Part shown: positions 9,190 to 18,388 of the stretch, one piece after another | Layout: the number at the start of each line of letters is the position of its first letter | Position numbering within the stretch: the first letter of the stretch is position 1 | From: Spirochaetia bacterium | GTDB taxonomy: Bacteria > Spirochaetota > Spirochaetia > UBA9216 | DNA: 64,000 nucleotides | Reading direction: 5' to 3' | Assembly: GCA_963675665.1 (NCBI GenBank) | Contig: OY776510.1 | Span: 1,120,001 to 1,184,000 of the forward strand | Made by a program: the position numbers and the translations under genes | The notes under the pieces: generated by a model | The model's database searches: none | What the model was told of the DNA's origin: nothing | Seen by the model: only the letters and a program-made list of their open reading frames with translations

Positions 9190-9384
9190 ATGGATGGGAA
9201 AACAAGAGTAAATATAAAACCGGGAATGAAAGTAACTATCGTACTGAAAAAGGATCAGCGAACAGGCAGATTGACGGAAGGAATAGTTGCCGATTTGCTG
9301 ACAAAATCGCCGACGCATCCCCACGGTATAAAGGTCAGACTTGAGGACGGCCAGGTGGGCAGGGTAAAGGACATTCTGAAATAA
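9190..9384 (+). CDS. YwbE family small protein
   Basis: IVLKKDQRTGRLTEGIVADLLTKSPTHPHGIKVRLEDGQVGRV is the highly conserved YwbE pattern. Confidence 0.9.
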   Translation: MDGKTRVNIKPGMKVTIVLKKDQRTGRLTEGIVADLLTKSPTHPHGIKVRLEDGQVGRVKDILK

Positions 9385-9398
9385 ATTCCGAAAATCCG

Positions 9399-10763
9399 TT
9401 AGATGACCGGCAATTCAATAATAAATCCGGCGCCTCCAAGTTCGGAAGGTTCATAGTGTATACTGCCGCCGTGGTTTTCAATTATTGTTCTGGCGGAGGT
9501 CAGGCCTATTCCGATTCCGCGGGTATTTCTTCCGGAATCCGCCCTGTAGAAACTCTCGAAGATATGATCTCGGTGCCGCTCGCTGATTCCGGCGCCCGAG
9601 TCCTCGAATACAATACGTGATATGTCTCCGGAAATTACGGCTGAAATTCTGATTTTGTCGTTTTCTTCGGTATATCTGCATGCATTGTCAAAAAGGTTTT
9701 CGAATACCTGGAAAAGCAGCTTTCTGTCGCCGCGAATAATTTTATTTTCTGAAAGTTCGGATGAATAGTTGAATTCACGTTTTCGTATCAGAGAATCGTT
9801 TCTGAAAATATCTGCAGCTTCGTTGAGCATGCAACCGAGGGAAAAGTCTTCAAAACGCGCCTGCCAGTCCGATGTTCTGAGTTTCGCAAAATAAATGAGA
9901 TCATTGATCCTTTCTTCAAGCAGCATTGAGCGGTCGTATATTACATCGGCATAGTCCGCGATATCTTCCGGGGAGTTTGCCATCCCGTCTTTTAGCGCCT
10001 CGATATAGCCTTTTATCAGGGTGAGCGGGGTTTTCAAATCATGTGATATGGCCATGATAATTCTGGTTTGGGTCTCATAGTTTTCTTTCAGTTCGAGACG
10101 CATTTTTTCGAACGCCTGAACAAGCGATTCCAGTTCAGTGACTTTCTTATTACGCCCTTTTTCAGGTCTGGCGGTTCTAATCGGAGTATCAAGATTTCCC
10201 TTTCCTATTTCGTTCGCTGCTGTTTCCAAGGCAATCAGTGAGCGCATTACGGGCCTTGAGTTTTTAATGAAATACAACATGGGAAGACCGATTAACGCGA
10301 AGTACATAACAAACATGGAAACTGCGTTTATTCTGAAGAGTTTCATCCCGGAAAAAAATTGTTCCACATAAACGACAATACCGGTGTGTCCCTGGTAGGA
10401 ATAAACCGAGATACTAATCGGTATATTGGGAAGATTTTTCATGATATCAGTGTATGCCTGCTCCATGCTGTCCCATTTCATATCTGCTGATGCTTCTTTT
10501 GCTTTCGGAGCCAGATAAACTATATCGCCTTTATCATCAAGAACCATGATTATACCGGCGAATTTTGAATCTGAAACTTCCCCTCCTCTTAAGGCTTTAA
10601 GAAGCGGGGCGTGCAGGAATCTCGGCACCGACAAATTTTCAGATTCAGTCCAGCTTAAAGTCCAAGAAATTATAAAAACAGAACTTGTTATCAAAAGGGC
10701 TGCAAGAGGGACAAGAAATGTAAAGAAAGCAAGAATTTTAATCTTTTTATTAAGTTTCATCAT
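9399..10763 (-). CDS. HAMP-domain sensor histidine kinase (HisKA/HATPase)
   Basis: Two TM helices, HAMP, ISHDLKTPLT H-box, NLFDNACRY, DSGAGI, GIGIGL. Confidence 0.94.
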   Translation of the reverse strand: MMKLNKKIKILAFFTFLVPLAALLITSSVFIISWTLSWTESENLSVPRFLHAPLLKALRGGEVSDSKFAGIIMVLDDKGDIVYLAPKAKEASADMKWDSMEQAYTDIMKNLPNIPISISVYSYQGHTGIVVYVEQFFSGMKLFRINAVSMFVMYFALIGLPMLYFIKNSRPVMRSLIALETAANEIGKGNLDTPIRTARPEKGRNKKVTELESLVQAFEKMRLELKENYETQTRIIMAISHDLKTPLTLIKGYIEALKDGMANSPEDIADYADVIYDRSMLLEERINDLIYFAKLRTSDWQARFEDFSLGCMLNEAADIFRNDSLIRKREFNYSSELSENKIIRGDRKLLFQVFENLFDNACRYTEENDKIRISAVISGDISRIVFEDSGAGISERHRDHIFESFYRADSGRNTRGIGIGLTSARTIIENHGGSIHYEPSELGGAGFIIELPVI

Positions 10764-11451
10764 TAGTGCCGTCTATACTCAGATAATAACCGAACCCGTA
10801 TGATGTTTTTATGAATCGCGGTACGGCCGGATCTTCCTCTATTTTTTTTCTCAATCTCTGTATGTGAACCGATACAGTCGTCAGGTCTCCGTAACTGTTG
10901 TTCCAGACTTTTTCATACAGCTCTTCCTGTTTAAACGGTTTGTCGGGCGATTCGGCAAGCGTAATCAGCAGGGCCATCTCCTTGGGGGTAAGTTCCAGAC
11001 GTTCGCCGTTTCTTTTTAGCCAGATGTTGTCAACATCCAGCAGGAACGGGCCGAATTTCAACTGGTTTCCGGGCGTTGCTTCGGAGTTCTGGCTGCGTTT
11101 GAGATTGGCCCGGACCCTTGCGGCCAGAACCTTGGGGCTGAAGGGTTTGGATACATAATCGTCTGCGCCGATACCGAAGCCCATAATCATGTCTTCGTCT
11201 TCCTGTCGGGCCGATACTATTATTACAGGCAGTTTTTCGAGGCGCCTGATTTCCTGAAGCACTTCAAAGCCGTCAATTCCCGGCAGATTAATATCGAGAA
11301 TGATCAGATCTACCCCTCCTTGCCGAAGCAGTGAAAGCCCCTCTTCTCCCGTGAGGGCGTGTATTGTTTTTATACCCTCTTTTTTCAGGTATAGAGATAT
11401 TAATTCTGCAATCCGGGGTTCGTCTTCAATTATCAAAACAGTCGCTTTCAT
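10750..11451 (-). CDS. OmpR/PhoB-family response regulator
   Basis: REC (LIIEDE, LDINLPG, GADDYVSKPF) plus winged-helix VSVHIQRLRKKIE. Confidence 0.95.
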   Translation of the reverse strand: MKATVLIIEDEPRIAELISLYLKKEGIKTIHALTGEEGLSLLRQGGVDLIILDINLPGIDGFEVLQEIRRLEKLPVIIVSARQEDEDMIMGFGIGADDYVSKPFSPKVLAARVRANLKRSQNSEATPGNQLKFGPFLLDVDNIWLKRNGERLELTPKEMALLITLAESPDKPFKQEELYEKVWNNSYGDLTTVSVHIQRLRKKIEEDPAVPRFIKTSYGFGYYLSIDGTNDET

Positions 11452-11464
11452 CTTCTCTTCCTGA

Positions 11465-11755
11465 TCAGATCTCCGTTATGCCGGGGTGCTCAAATGCCGC
11501 CAACCCCAGCAGCGGGAAACTTTCCCTGATACCGGAAAGTTTCTGTTTAATGATCTCCAGCCTGTCGTCGTCAAGAAACAGGATAAACATGACATTTTCT
11601 TCCGGCCATACCTCGTTGCCGAGGCAGAATCCGGAATATCCGGCCCCGTCAACCTGTTTAAGCATAGTGTAGCACGGTTTCCCGTCATTCATAGGCATGA
11701 TTTCCATTAAGGGCGCTTCAAGGGCCTGGTTTGCAATTATCTCAAGTTTGGTCAT
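11465..11755 (-). CDS. PII-like transporter-associated small protein (PG0541-like)
   Basis: LEIIANQ...YT...VDGAG..G...G.EVWPEEN pattern; overlaps the RND stop. Confidence 0.75.
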   Translation of the reverse strand: MTKLEIIANQALEAPLMEIMPMNDGKPCYTMLKQVDGAGYSGFCLGNEVWPEENVMFILFLDDDRLEIIKQKLSGIRESFPLLGLAAFEHPGITEI

Positions 11756-14700
11756 TTTCCGCCTCCGTCAACAGTTCCTTTTTACGTTCCTTTCCGTGCA
11801 GCATCAGGTATAATACGGGAACAAGAAACAGTGTAATTATTGTGTTTGAGGTAAGTCCTCCTATAACCGTTATTCCTATCGGTTTTACCATATCAGTGCT
11901 CGAACCCCCTGAGAAGGCCATGGGTATCATTGCAAAAACAGTTGTCATTGTTGTCATCAATACCGGTCTCAGACGGTTTGCTGCAGCTTCGCAGCAGGCG
12001 CTGAACACATTGTGTCCCCTTTTTCTGTGAAGATTAATTGAATCAACGAGGATAATACCGTTATTAACAACAATACCGAGCAGCATCACTATTCCGATAA
12101 GCGACGGCATGCTGAGAGGTTCTCCGATAACCATATGAATTGCAACAACACCTATAAGCAACATGGGAATCATTGCAATGATTATAAACGGAGATTTCAG
12201 CGATTCAAACTGGCTGACCATTACGGCGAATACCAGCAGCGCTGCAAAGATAAGCACGAGTACCATTCCGTCCAGAGCGTCGGTCAGCATTTCCATTTGG
12301 CCTCCGGTACTGATTGTAACGCCGTCGGGAAGAACAAGCTTCTCTTCTGCGAGGGTCTCTATCTGGTTCTGTACAAAGCTTGCTACTGATCCTTCGGTAA
12401 TATCTCCGGACAGCGTAATTGTTTTAACCCTGTCTTTTCTGTAGATTGAGACCGGACCGTAGGTTTTATTAACTTCGCCGAAGCTTGAGAACGGGATTTT
12501 CTGACCGGTATTGCTTGTAACGAATATCTTGTTGATATCAAATGTCGAATCCCTGTCTTCTTCCCGAAGCTGGAGAACAACATCGTAAGTTTCTCCTTTC
12601 AGGGTTATTTCCGTTGCGGTAACTCCGGCTATCTGTGAGCGCAGTTCGTACGCAATTGCCTGTGTATTCAACCCAAGATCAAAGAGCTTTTCCCGGTCGA
12701 GAACAAGCTCCATTTCAGGCAGAGCGTTGGAATGACTGCTGGTAAACTCAAGAATTTCGGGAATTTCGGATTTAACCAGGGCTGTCAGCTCTTCACTTAT
12801 CCGCACAAGTTCATCCAGATCGTTTCCCTGCAGGCTTAGAGATATATCCCTGCTGCCCGTCATCATTCTTGCCTGGTCGGTGGTTGAGAAACTGATAACA
12901 GCATCCGGAAACATTTCAAAATGTGATCTGAGCATGTTTCGTATCTCATCGTCGCTCATGATTCTCTGCTCGGCCGCAGGAAGGGCAATTTCGAGTTTTC
13001 CGGTATGGGTTCCGCCGGAGGATCCCATGCCTCCGCTTGAGCCGGTTGTTACAATTACATTGGTACGCTCCGATTCGGGAATACTGGTTTCAACAATATA
13101 CTGCCATTGCTGCATAACCTCATCGGTGTTTTCAAGCGCGGTGCCTTCCGGGAGGGTGATATCCAGCACAATTGATGTTTCACCTGAGGACGGAATCATT
13201 ACCATTCCAAGCCTGGGAAGCTGGAAGATCGAACCTGCAAGAAGAACAAGCGAAAGAATAATGATAACAGCTTTATGATTGAGACACCATCCCACGGTTT
13301 TTTTGTAACCGTTGGTAAAGCCGTCCATTCCTTTTTCCATTGAAACGTCCAAAGATCTCAGAGCCCGGTTTTTGATAGGTCTTTCAACCCTTGTATAGAT
13401 TGGAAATACCTTTGATGCAAGAACCGGCACAAGAAGAATCGAAACAGCGAGCGATGAAAGAAGCGCCAGAACGACTGTGAATGCAAGATCCTCGAACATT
13501 ATTCCTACCATTCCAAGATCGCTTTTGAAGATTAAAAGAGGCAGGAATACGCAGACTGATGTAAGAATCGAACCGGTTATTGCGCTTATAACTTCCTGTG
13601 TACCGAGTTCGGCCGAGGGCTGTTTAAGCGCACCTTTTTGACGGTAACGGAATATGTTCTCAATTACTACAATTGAACCGTCGACAATCATTCCGAGCGC
13701 CAGAATCAGGCCCGTCAGTGAAATCATGTTGAATGTTTTACCGGCCAGGCTCATTCCGCCGATTGTGATCAGCAGACTTACCGGAATTGATATTGCAACG
13801 ATAAACGTGGATTTGATTCGCCTGAGAAACAAAAGCAGAACAAGAACTGCAAATATTATTCCGAGAAGAGCAGAGCTGATAACCTGCTGAAGAACGGAAA
13901 TAACCTGAACTGAATTATCCTGAAGTACTATAAGCGAGTTTCCGGAAGATAATCCGTTGCCGATATCGTCAGCCGTCTCCTTTACCCTGCGGACAACATC
14001 GACCATATTTGCATCGTCTGTTTTTTTAATTGCGAATTGAATACCTTCGCGGCCGTTGATCAGAACAATACTTTCCTGGTCTCTCGCCCCGAAAGAGACG
14101 TCCGCCACATCACGCAGCAGAACTTCATAAAAGGAGTTTATGCCGGTCGGTTTAACCGACACAATGGTTTTTTCCAGCTGCTCTAAAGAAGTGATTTCTC
14201 CCGATGTTTGCAGCAGGTAATTTGTGCCGCCTTCTATAAGCTCACCTGCTCCGAGTTTCATGTTCTGGGCGGCAAGAGCTCCTGAAACCTGACTGATGCT
14301 TAAACCGAGAGCATCAAGCCTTTCCTGATAAAAACTGACCAGAATAATCTCTTCAAGTCCTCCCGACAGCGAAACTTCGGCAACTCCGCTGATGCGTTCG
14401 AACCGCGGCTGAATTTCTTCTTCAGCGAGTTTTAAAAGATCTTCCAGGCTCTGATCTCCCGTAAGCGCCAGCTTGATAACGGCCTGGGAATTAGGATCAA
14501 ACTGGAAAAGAAGAGGTTTATCGCATTCATCCGGAAGAATACTTTCGGCCCTTGAGATTTTATCTCTTACGTCGGCTGTAACTTCATGCATATCGGCATC
14601 ATAATCCATCATCATGATGATCATGCTGTAGCTGTCGAATGAGTAGGATGTCAGCGAGTCGAGTCCTGAGGTGTTGGCCAGAATTGCTTCAATTTCACGG

Positions 14701-14891
14701 GTGACCGTATCCTCAACCTCGGCAGGAGACGCCATCGGGTATGTCGTGACTACAGCCATGGCCGGCATGTCCATTTCGGGCATCAGATCAATAGCCAGTC
14801 TGCCGATTAATGTTCCGCCTGCTATTGATGCGACAAGAAACACGATGATCATCGTCATCGGTCTGCTTAAAATTCGTCTTGATAGAGTCAT
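11742..14891 (-). CDS. RND efflux transporter permease (AcrB/AcrD/AcrF family)
   Basis: 1049 aa with two large periplasmic loops; GMIVDGSIVVIENI, GIVVNNGIILVD, RLRPVLMTT. Confidence 0.96.
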   Translation of the reverse strand: MTLSRRILSRPMTMIIVFLVASIAGGTLIGRLAIDLMPEMDMPAMAVVTTYPMASPAEVEDTVTREIEAILANTSGLDSLTSYSFDSYSMIIMMMDYDADMHEVTADVRDKISRAESILPDECDKPLLFQFDPNSQAVIKLALTGDQSLEDLLKLAEEEIQPRFERISGVAEVSLSGGLEEIILVSFYQERLDALGLSISQVSGALAAQNMKLGAGELIEGGTNYLLQTSGEITSLEQLEKTIVSVKPTGINSFYEVLLRDVADVSFGARDQESIVLINGREGIQFAIKKTDDANMVDVVRRVKETADDIGNGLSSGNSLIVLQDNSVQVISVLQQVISSALLGIIFAVLVLLLFLRRIKSTFIVAISIPVSLLITIGGMSLAGKTFNMISLTGLILALGMIVDGSIVVIENIFRYRQKGALKQPSAELGTQEVISAITGSILTSVCVFLPLLIFKSDLGMVGIMFEDLAFTVVLALLSSLAVSILLVPVLASKVFPIYTRVERPIKNRALRSLDVSMEKGMDGFTNGYKKTVGWCLNHKAVIIILSLVLLAGSIFQLPRLGMVMIPSSGETSIVLDITLPEGTALENTDEVMQQWQYIVETSIPESERTNVIVTTGSSGGMGSSGGTHTGKLEIALPAAEQRIMSDDEIRNMLRSHFEMFPDAVISFSTTDQARMMTGSRDISLSLQGNDLDELVRISEELTALVKSEIPEILEFTSSHSNALPEMELVLDREKLFDLGLNTQAIAYELRSQIAGVTATEITLKGETYDVVLQLREEDRDSTFDINKIFVTSNTGQKIPFSSFGEVNKTYGPVSIYRKDRVKTITLSGDITEGSVASFVQNQIETLAEEKLVLPDGVTISTGGQMEMLTDALDGMVLVLIFAALLVFAVMVSQFESLKSPFIIIAMIPMLLIGVVAIHMVIGEPLSMPSLIGIVMLLGIVVNNGIILVDSINLHRKRGHNVFSACCEAAANRLRPVLMTTMTTVFAMIPMAFSGGSSTDMVKPIGITVIGGLTSNTIITLFLVPVLYLMLHGKERKKELLTEAENDQT

Positions 14892-15817
14892 CAGCGGCTT
14901 TCCTCGTCGTTAAGAATCCTGATTTTGCTGCCGTCCGAGACCAGGGTAGCGCCTTCTATAACAACACGGTCGTTTTCAGAAAGTCCTGAAGAGATTTCAA
15001 CAAGGCCGCTGTTTTTTATTCCGGTTGAAACAGTTGTTTTTTCTACGTGTTCTCCATTTACACGGAATACATATGTTGTATCATCGCGGGAGAGAATAGC
15101 TTTTTCGGGAACAACCAGAGTGTTTCCGGAGGTAGAGGTTGTCAGTTCGATACCGACAAACATTCCCGCTTTTATCGGTGTTTTTCCGGTCAGGCTGAGT
15201 TCAATGGAAAGAGTTCTGCTGGCAGGATTAACAACAGGAGAAATGGTCGTAACTTTAGCTTCATATTTCATTCCCGGGGCGGCTGTGGTGCTTATTAAAG
15301 CCCGTTGTCCTTTTTTAACGAGATAGATAAATCGTTCAGGAACATTTGCCGTTATTACAAGACGGCTGATATCCCCGATAGTGACAAGGGGCATCTGCGG
15401 ACTTACGGTTGCGCCGGCATCCGCATTGACGGCGGTAACTGTTCCGCTTATCGGGGCTTTAACCGGGCTTTCGGCATAATTCATGCCGGGCCGGCTGGGA
15501 TCAATTTTGGCAATAACCTGATTTTCAGTCACAATACTTCCTGTTTCAACAGGAAGGGCAATAAGTTTTCCGGAGGTTTCCGGGTAGACATCGACTGAGG
15601 CAGACGCCCCGACATCACCTGAAATGGTCAGTTTGCTTGATATATCCTGCCGCATTACAGTTACAGTTTTAACATTAAAACTCTTTTCAACCTTGGGTTG
15701 TTCAGGGGATGGTTCCGGTTTGGCGGCTGGAACTCTGCCCTTAAGCGGATTACAGCCGCTAAAAAAAGCAAGCAGCAGCGCTGCGGCAAGTATTATAATT
15801 ATTGAACGTATTTTCAT
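14891..15817 (-). CDS. RND periplasmic adaptor (membrane fusion protein), lipoprotein
   Basis: Lipobox FFSGC; lipoyl-like half motifs, VKAPISGTV, GLVEISSGLSENDRVV. Confidence 0.93.
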   Translation of the reverse strand: MKIRSIIIILAAALLLAFFSGCNPLKGRVPAAKPEPSPEQPKVEKSFNVKTVTVMRQDISSKLTISGDVGASASVDVYPETSGKLIALPVETGSIVTENQVIAKIDPSRPGMNYAESPVKAPISGTVTAVNADAGATVSPQMPLVTIGDISRLVITANVPERFIYLVKKGQRALISTTAAPGMKYEAKVTTISPVVNPASRTLSIELSLTGKTPIKAGMFVGIELTTSTSGNTLVVPEKAILSRDDTTYVFRVNGEHVEKTTVSTGIKNSGLVEISSGLSENDRVVIEGATLVSDGSKIRILNDEESR

Positions 15818-15862
15818 AATTTCTCCTGTAAAAAACTTTCACCATGGAAGGTGTTTGGCTCT

Positions 15863-17287
15863 TTATTTTGTCAAATTTTTATTGATTGCAGTTTCGAGGT
15901 TCAGAAGCGATGAAATATAATTGTATTTTTCCGAAACCAGATCCAGTTCAGCCTGAAGCAGATCGTTTTCAGCCGTTTCAAGATCAAGAAGGCTGAGCTG
16001 CCCGTTATTATATGATTCAGTACTCATTTCCAGGCTTTTCCGGTTAATCTCTATGACTTCAGCAAGAACCTTCAGACTTTCCCTGCTTGTATTAAGCGTC
16101 ATCACAAGAGAACGTATTTCCATTTCGGCGCCGAGAAATGCAAGTTCTTTCTGGTATGCCATCCTTTCGATTTCATCGCCGGCTTCACGGATACTATTTG
16201 AAGTTCCTGAATGAGGAAGCCAGTCTTCCACGGGCAGCGACAGGGTAACGGAAAACGACCCGTTATCGCCGAAATAACCGTCGTCGCCCCAGGTTTCTGA
16301 TTCAAAGGGATCGGCCTGGTAAGGGCTGTAAGACCAGCCGAGAACCAGTGCAGGAAGCAGGCTCTGGTTAATGGTAGCCGACTTTCCGTTTTCAAGCATC
16401 TTTTGCGCAATTGTAAGCTGCTGAATATCAATGCGGTTGGCCATATAGGTGTTAACAAGGCTGTCCGCATCCCATATTTCCGGGGAGGCTTCCACCGAGC
16501 CGTCAAGGATAATTTTCTGATTCAGATTAAGGCCCAGATCCATTAAAAAGACCATCTTCAACTGTTCATAACCGTTTTCAATTTTTAAAAGCGAAGGTCC
16601 CATTGATGCGAGGCCGGCTTTTGTATTGAGAAGATCTATTTCCGTTATATACCCGTATTGATACATATCTTCCATGCTTTCGAGTCTTGCCTCTGTGGTT
16701 TTTATGTTCTTTTTCAATACATCAATCTGCTCCTGCAGCAAAAGAAGATTGTAAAAATTTGTTTTTATGCTTTTTTCTGTGTTTTGTTTTGAAGAATCAA
16801 GCTCCAGAAGCGCGTTATTGTAATCAAGTTCCAGCTGCTTTATCCCGTTAAACATGGCAGCGCTCAATGCAAGCTGAGCCGAAATATTACCGACGGCTGT
16901 CCACGGGCTTATTTCACTTTCATATGATGTGAGCATGAGGTAATCATACATCCCGTCGGCAGTTGTCGGCTCTGTAATGCCCGACATTGGATCAAGCCCC
17001 AACACAGCTGTTCCGGCGACGGTCTGTGAGGAATTGCTTCTGCTTAATGTTGCAGACATTGAAATGTCCGGCAGAAAAACATTCCAGGCATCTTTTCTGC
17101 TGCGCTCTTTTCCTGCTGCAGTGCTTTCCTGAATTTTTAAATTGTAATTGTTGGCAAGCCCGAGCTCAACTGCGGTTTCAACCGACAGAACAAGAGGGGC
17201 GCCTGATATTGATGTTGCCGGTTCTTCTGCCGACAGTGAAACCATACCGGCGGAGATTATAATAAATGTTAAAAGAATACGTTTCAT
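15863..17287 (-). CDS. TolC family outer membrane channel
   Basis: Signal peptide; LSVETAVELGLANN, coiled-coil repeats, YNNGQLSLLDLETAE; first gene of the RND operon. Confidence 0.9.
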   Translation of the reverse strand: MKRILLTFIIISAGMVSLSAEEPATSISGAPLVLSVETAVELGLANNYNLKIQESTAAGKERSRKDAWNVFLPDISMSATLSRSNSSQTVAGTAVLGLDPMSGITEPTTADGMYDYLMLTSYESEISPWTAVGNISAQLALSAAMFNGIKQLELDYNNALLELDSSKQNTEKSIKTNFYNLLLLQEQIDVLKKNIKTTEARLESMEDMYQYGYITEIDLLNTKAGLASMGPSLLKIENGYEQLKMVFLMDLGLNLNQKIILDGSVEASPEIWDADSLVNTYMANRIDIQQLTIAQKMLENGKSATINQSLLPALVLGWSYSPYQADPFESETWGDDGYFGDNGSFSVTLSLPVEDWLPHSGTSNSIREAGDEIERMAYQKELAFLGAEMEIRSLVMTLNTSRESLKVLAEVIEINRKSLEMSTESYNNGQLSLLDLETAENDLLQAELDLVSEKYNYISSLLNLETAINKNLTK

Positions 17288-17334
17288 ATTGTACTCCGGG
17301 ATAGAAATTAAGAAGAGAATACTTCAGATTTATT

Positions 17335-18309
17335 TTAATTAACATTAAAGCCGGATAACATGATTATAAACATTCTGTTTATATTTACTGAATAGAAATA
17401 ATCCGGATTTAACGGTATGATGATTGTTGTTTCCGTTCCGTTGTCGGAGCTGATCAGGATTTCTGCGTTAAGTTCTTCTGTCAGGCTGGAAATCAGTTTC
17501 ATTCCAAAACCGCCGCTCTTTGAATTGTTTTTACTAAGGGAGAATCCTTTTCCGTTGTCCTTTACCGAAATATAGGCTTTTCCGTTATCTTTTTTTATTA
17601 TTACCGACAAAACGGGGTTTTCTATTCCGTCGAAAGCATACTTTATGCTATTTGTTATGAGTTCATTGATAATTATTCCGATGTAGTAGATTTTCTGGAT
17701 GTCCAGTTCAAAATCTTCTATTTCTGATTTCTGTACAATATTCAGATTTCCGGAACTGGTGTTTTCTATAATTTCTTCTGTCAGAGACTGAAAATAATCT
17801 TTGGTGGAAAGTTTCTGAAAATTTTCAGATTGATAAATACGGTTATACAGATGGAACATGCTTCGAACCCGGTTTCCGGCATTGGCAATTATTTCACGCG
17901 AATTTTCATCTTCAATTGTTTCACCCTGAAGTTCGAGAAGACTGCAGACCGTATTCATGTTGTTTTTTATACGATGATGGACTTCTTTCAGCAGCAGTTC
18001 CTTCTCTTTTAGAAGGTTCTGTATTTTCTGCTGGTTTTTTTTCCTTTCAATCAGAATTTTGCCGAGGCCAAGAATTCCTGCAAACATCAGAACCGACAGA
18101 ATCAAGCCTATTATTTCAAACTGAGGATCTACTATGTGTGTTGAAGTTTTTGCATAAGTATATAAAGTCAGAATTCGCCTGACACCCATTAGTAAAAGTG
18201 CGGATGAAACACAGAGCCAGGAAACAAGAATCCGGGTGTGCTTTATTAACCTGATCGCATATGCGGCAGTGAACAATTGAAATACAATCGACATTATAAT
18301 AATAGTCAT
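17335..18309 (-). CDS. Membrane sensor histidine kinase, HisKA_2 type
   Basis: Three TM helices, LLKEVHHRIKNN, NELITNSIKYAF, KDNGKG, GFGMKLI; start likely 18309 or 18324 rather than 18447. Confidence 0.88.
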   Translation of the reverse strand: MTIIIMSIVFQLFTAAYAIRLIKHTRILVSWLCVSSALLLMGVRRILTLYTYAKTSTHIVDPQFEIIGLILSVLMFAGILGLGKILIERKKNQQKIQNLLKEKELLLKEVHHRIKNNMNTVCSLLELQGETIEDENSREIIANAGNRVRSMFHLYNRIYQSENFQKLSTKDYFQSLTEEIIENTSSGNLNIVQKSEIEDFELDIQKIYYIGIIINELITNSIKYAFDGIENPVLSVIIKKDNGKAYISVKDNGKGFSLSKNNSKSGGFGMKLISSLTEELNAEILISSDNGTETTIIIPLNPDYFYSVNINRMFIIMLSGFNVN

Positions 18310-18388
18310 TCCTGATTTTATCATTAATATTACCAAACATATTATTTTTTTATTTGATCTGAAGCTTGTTTTGCCTATAATTGGAAAT

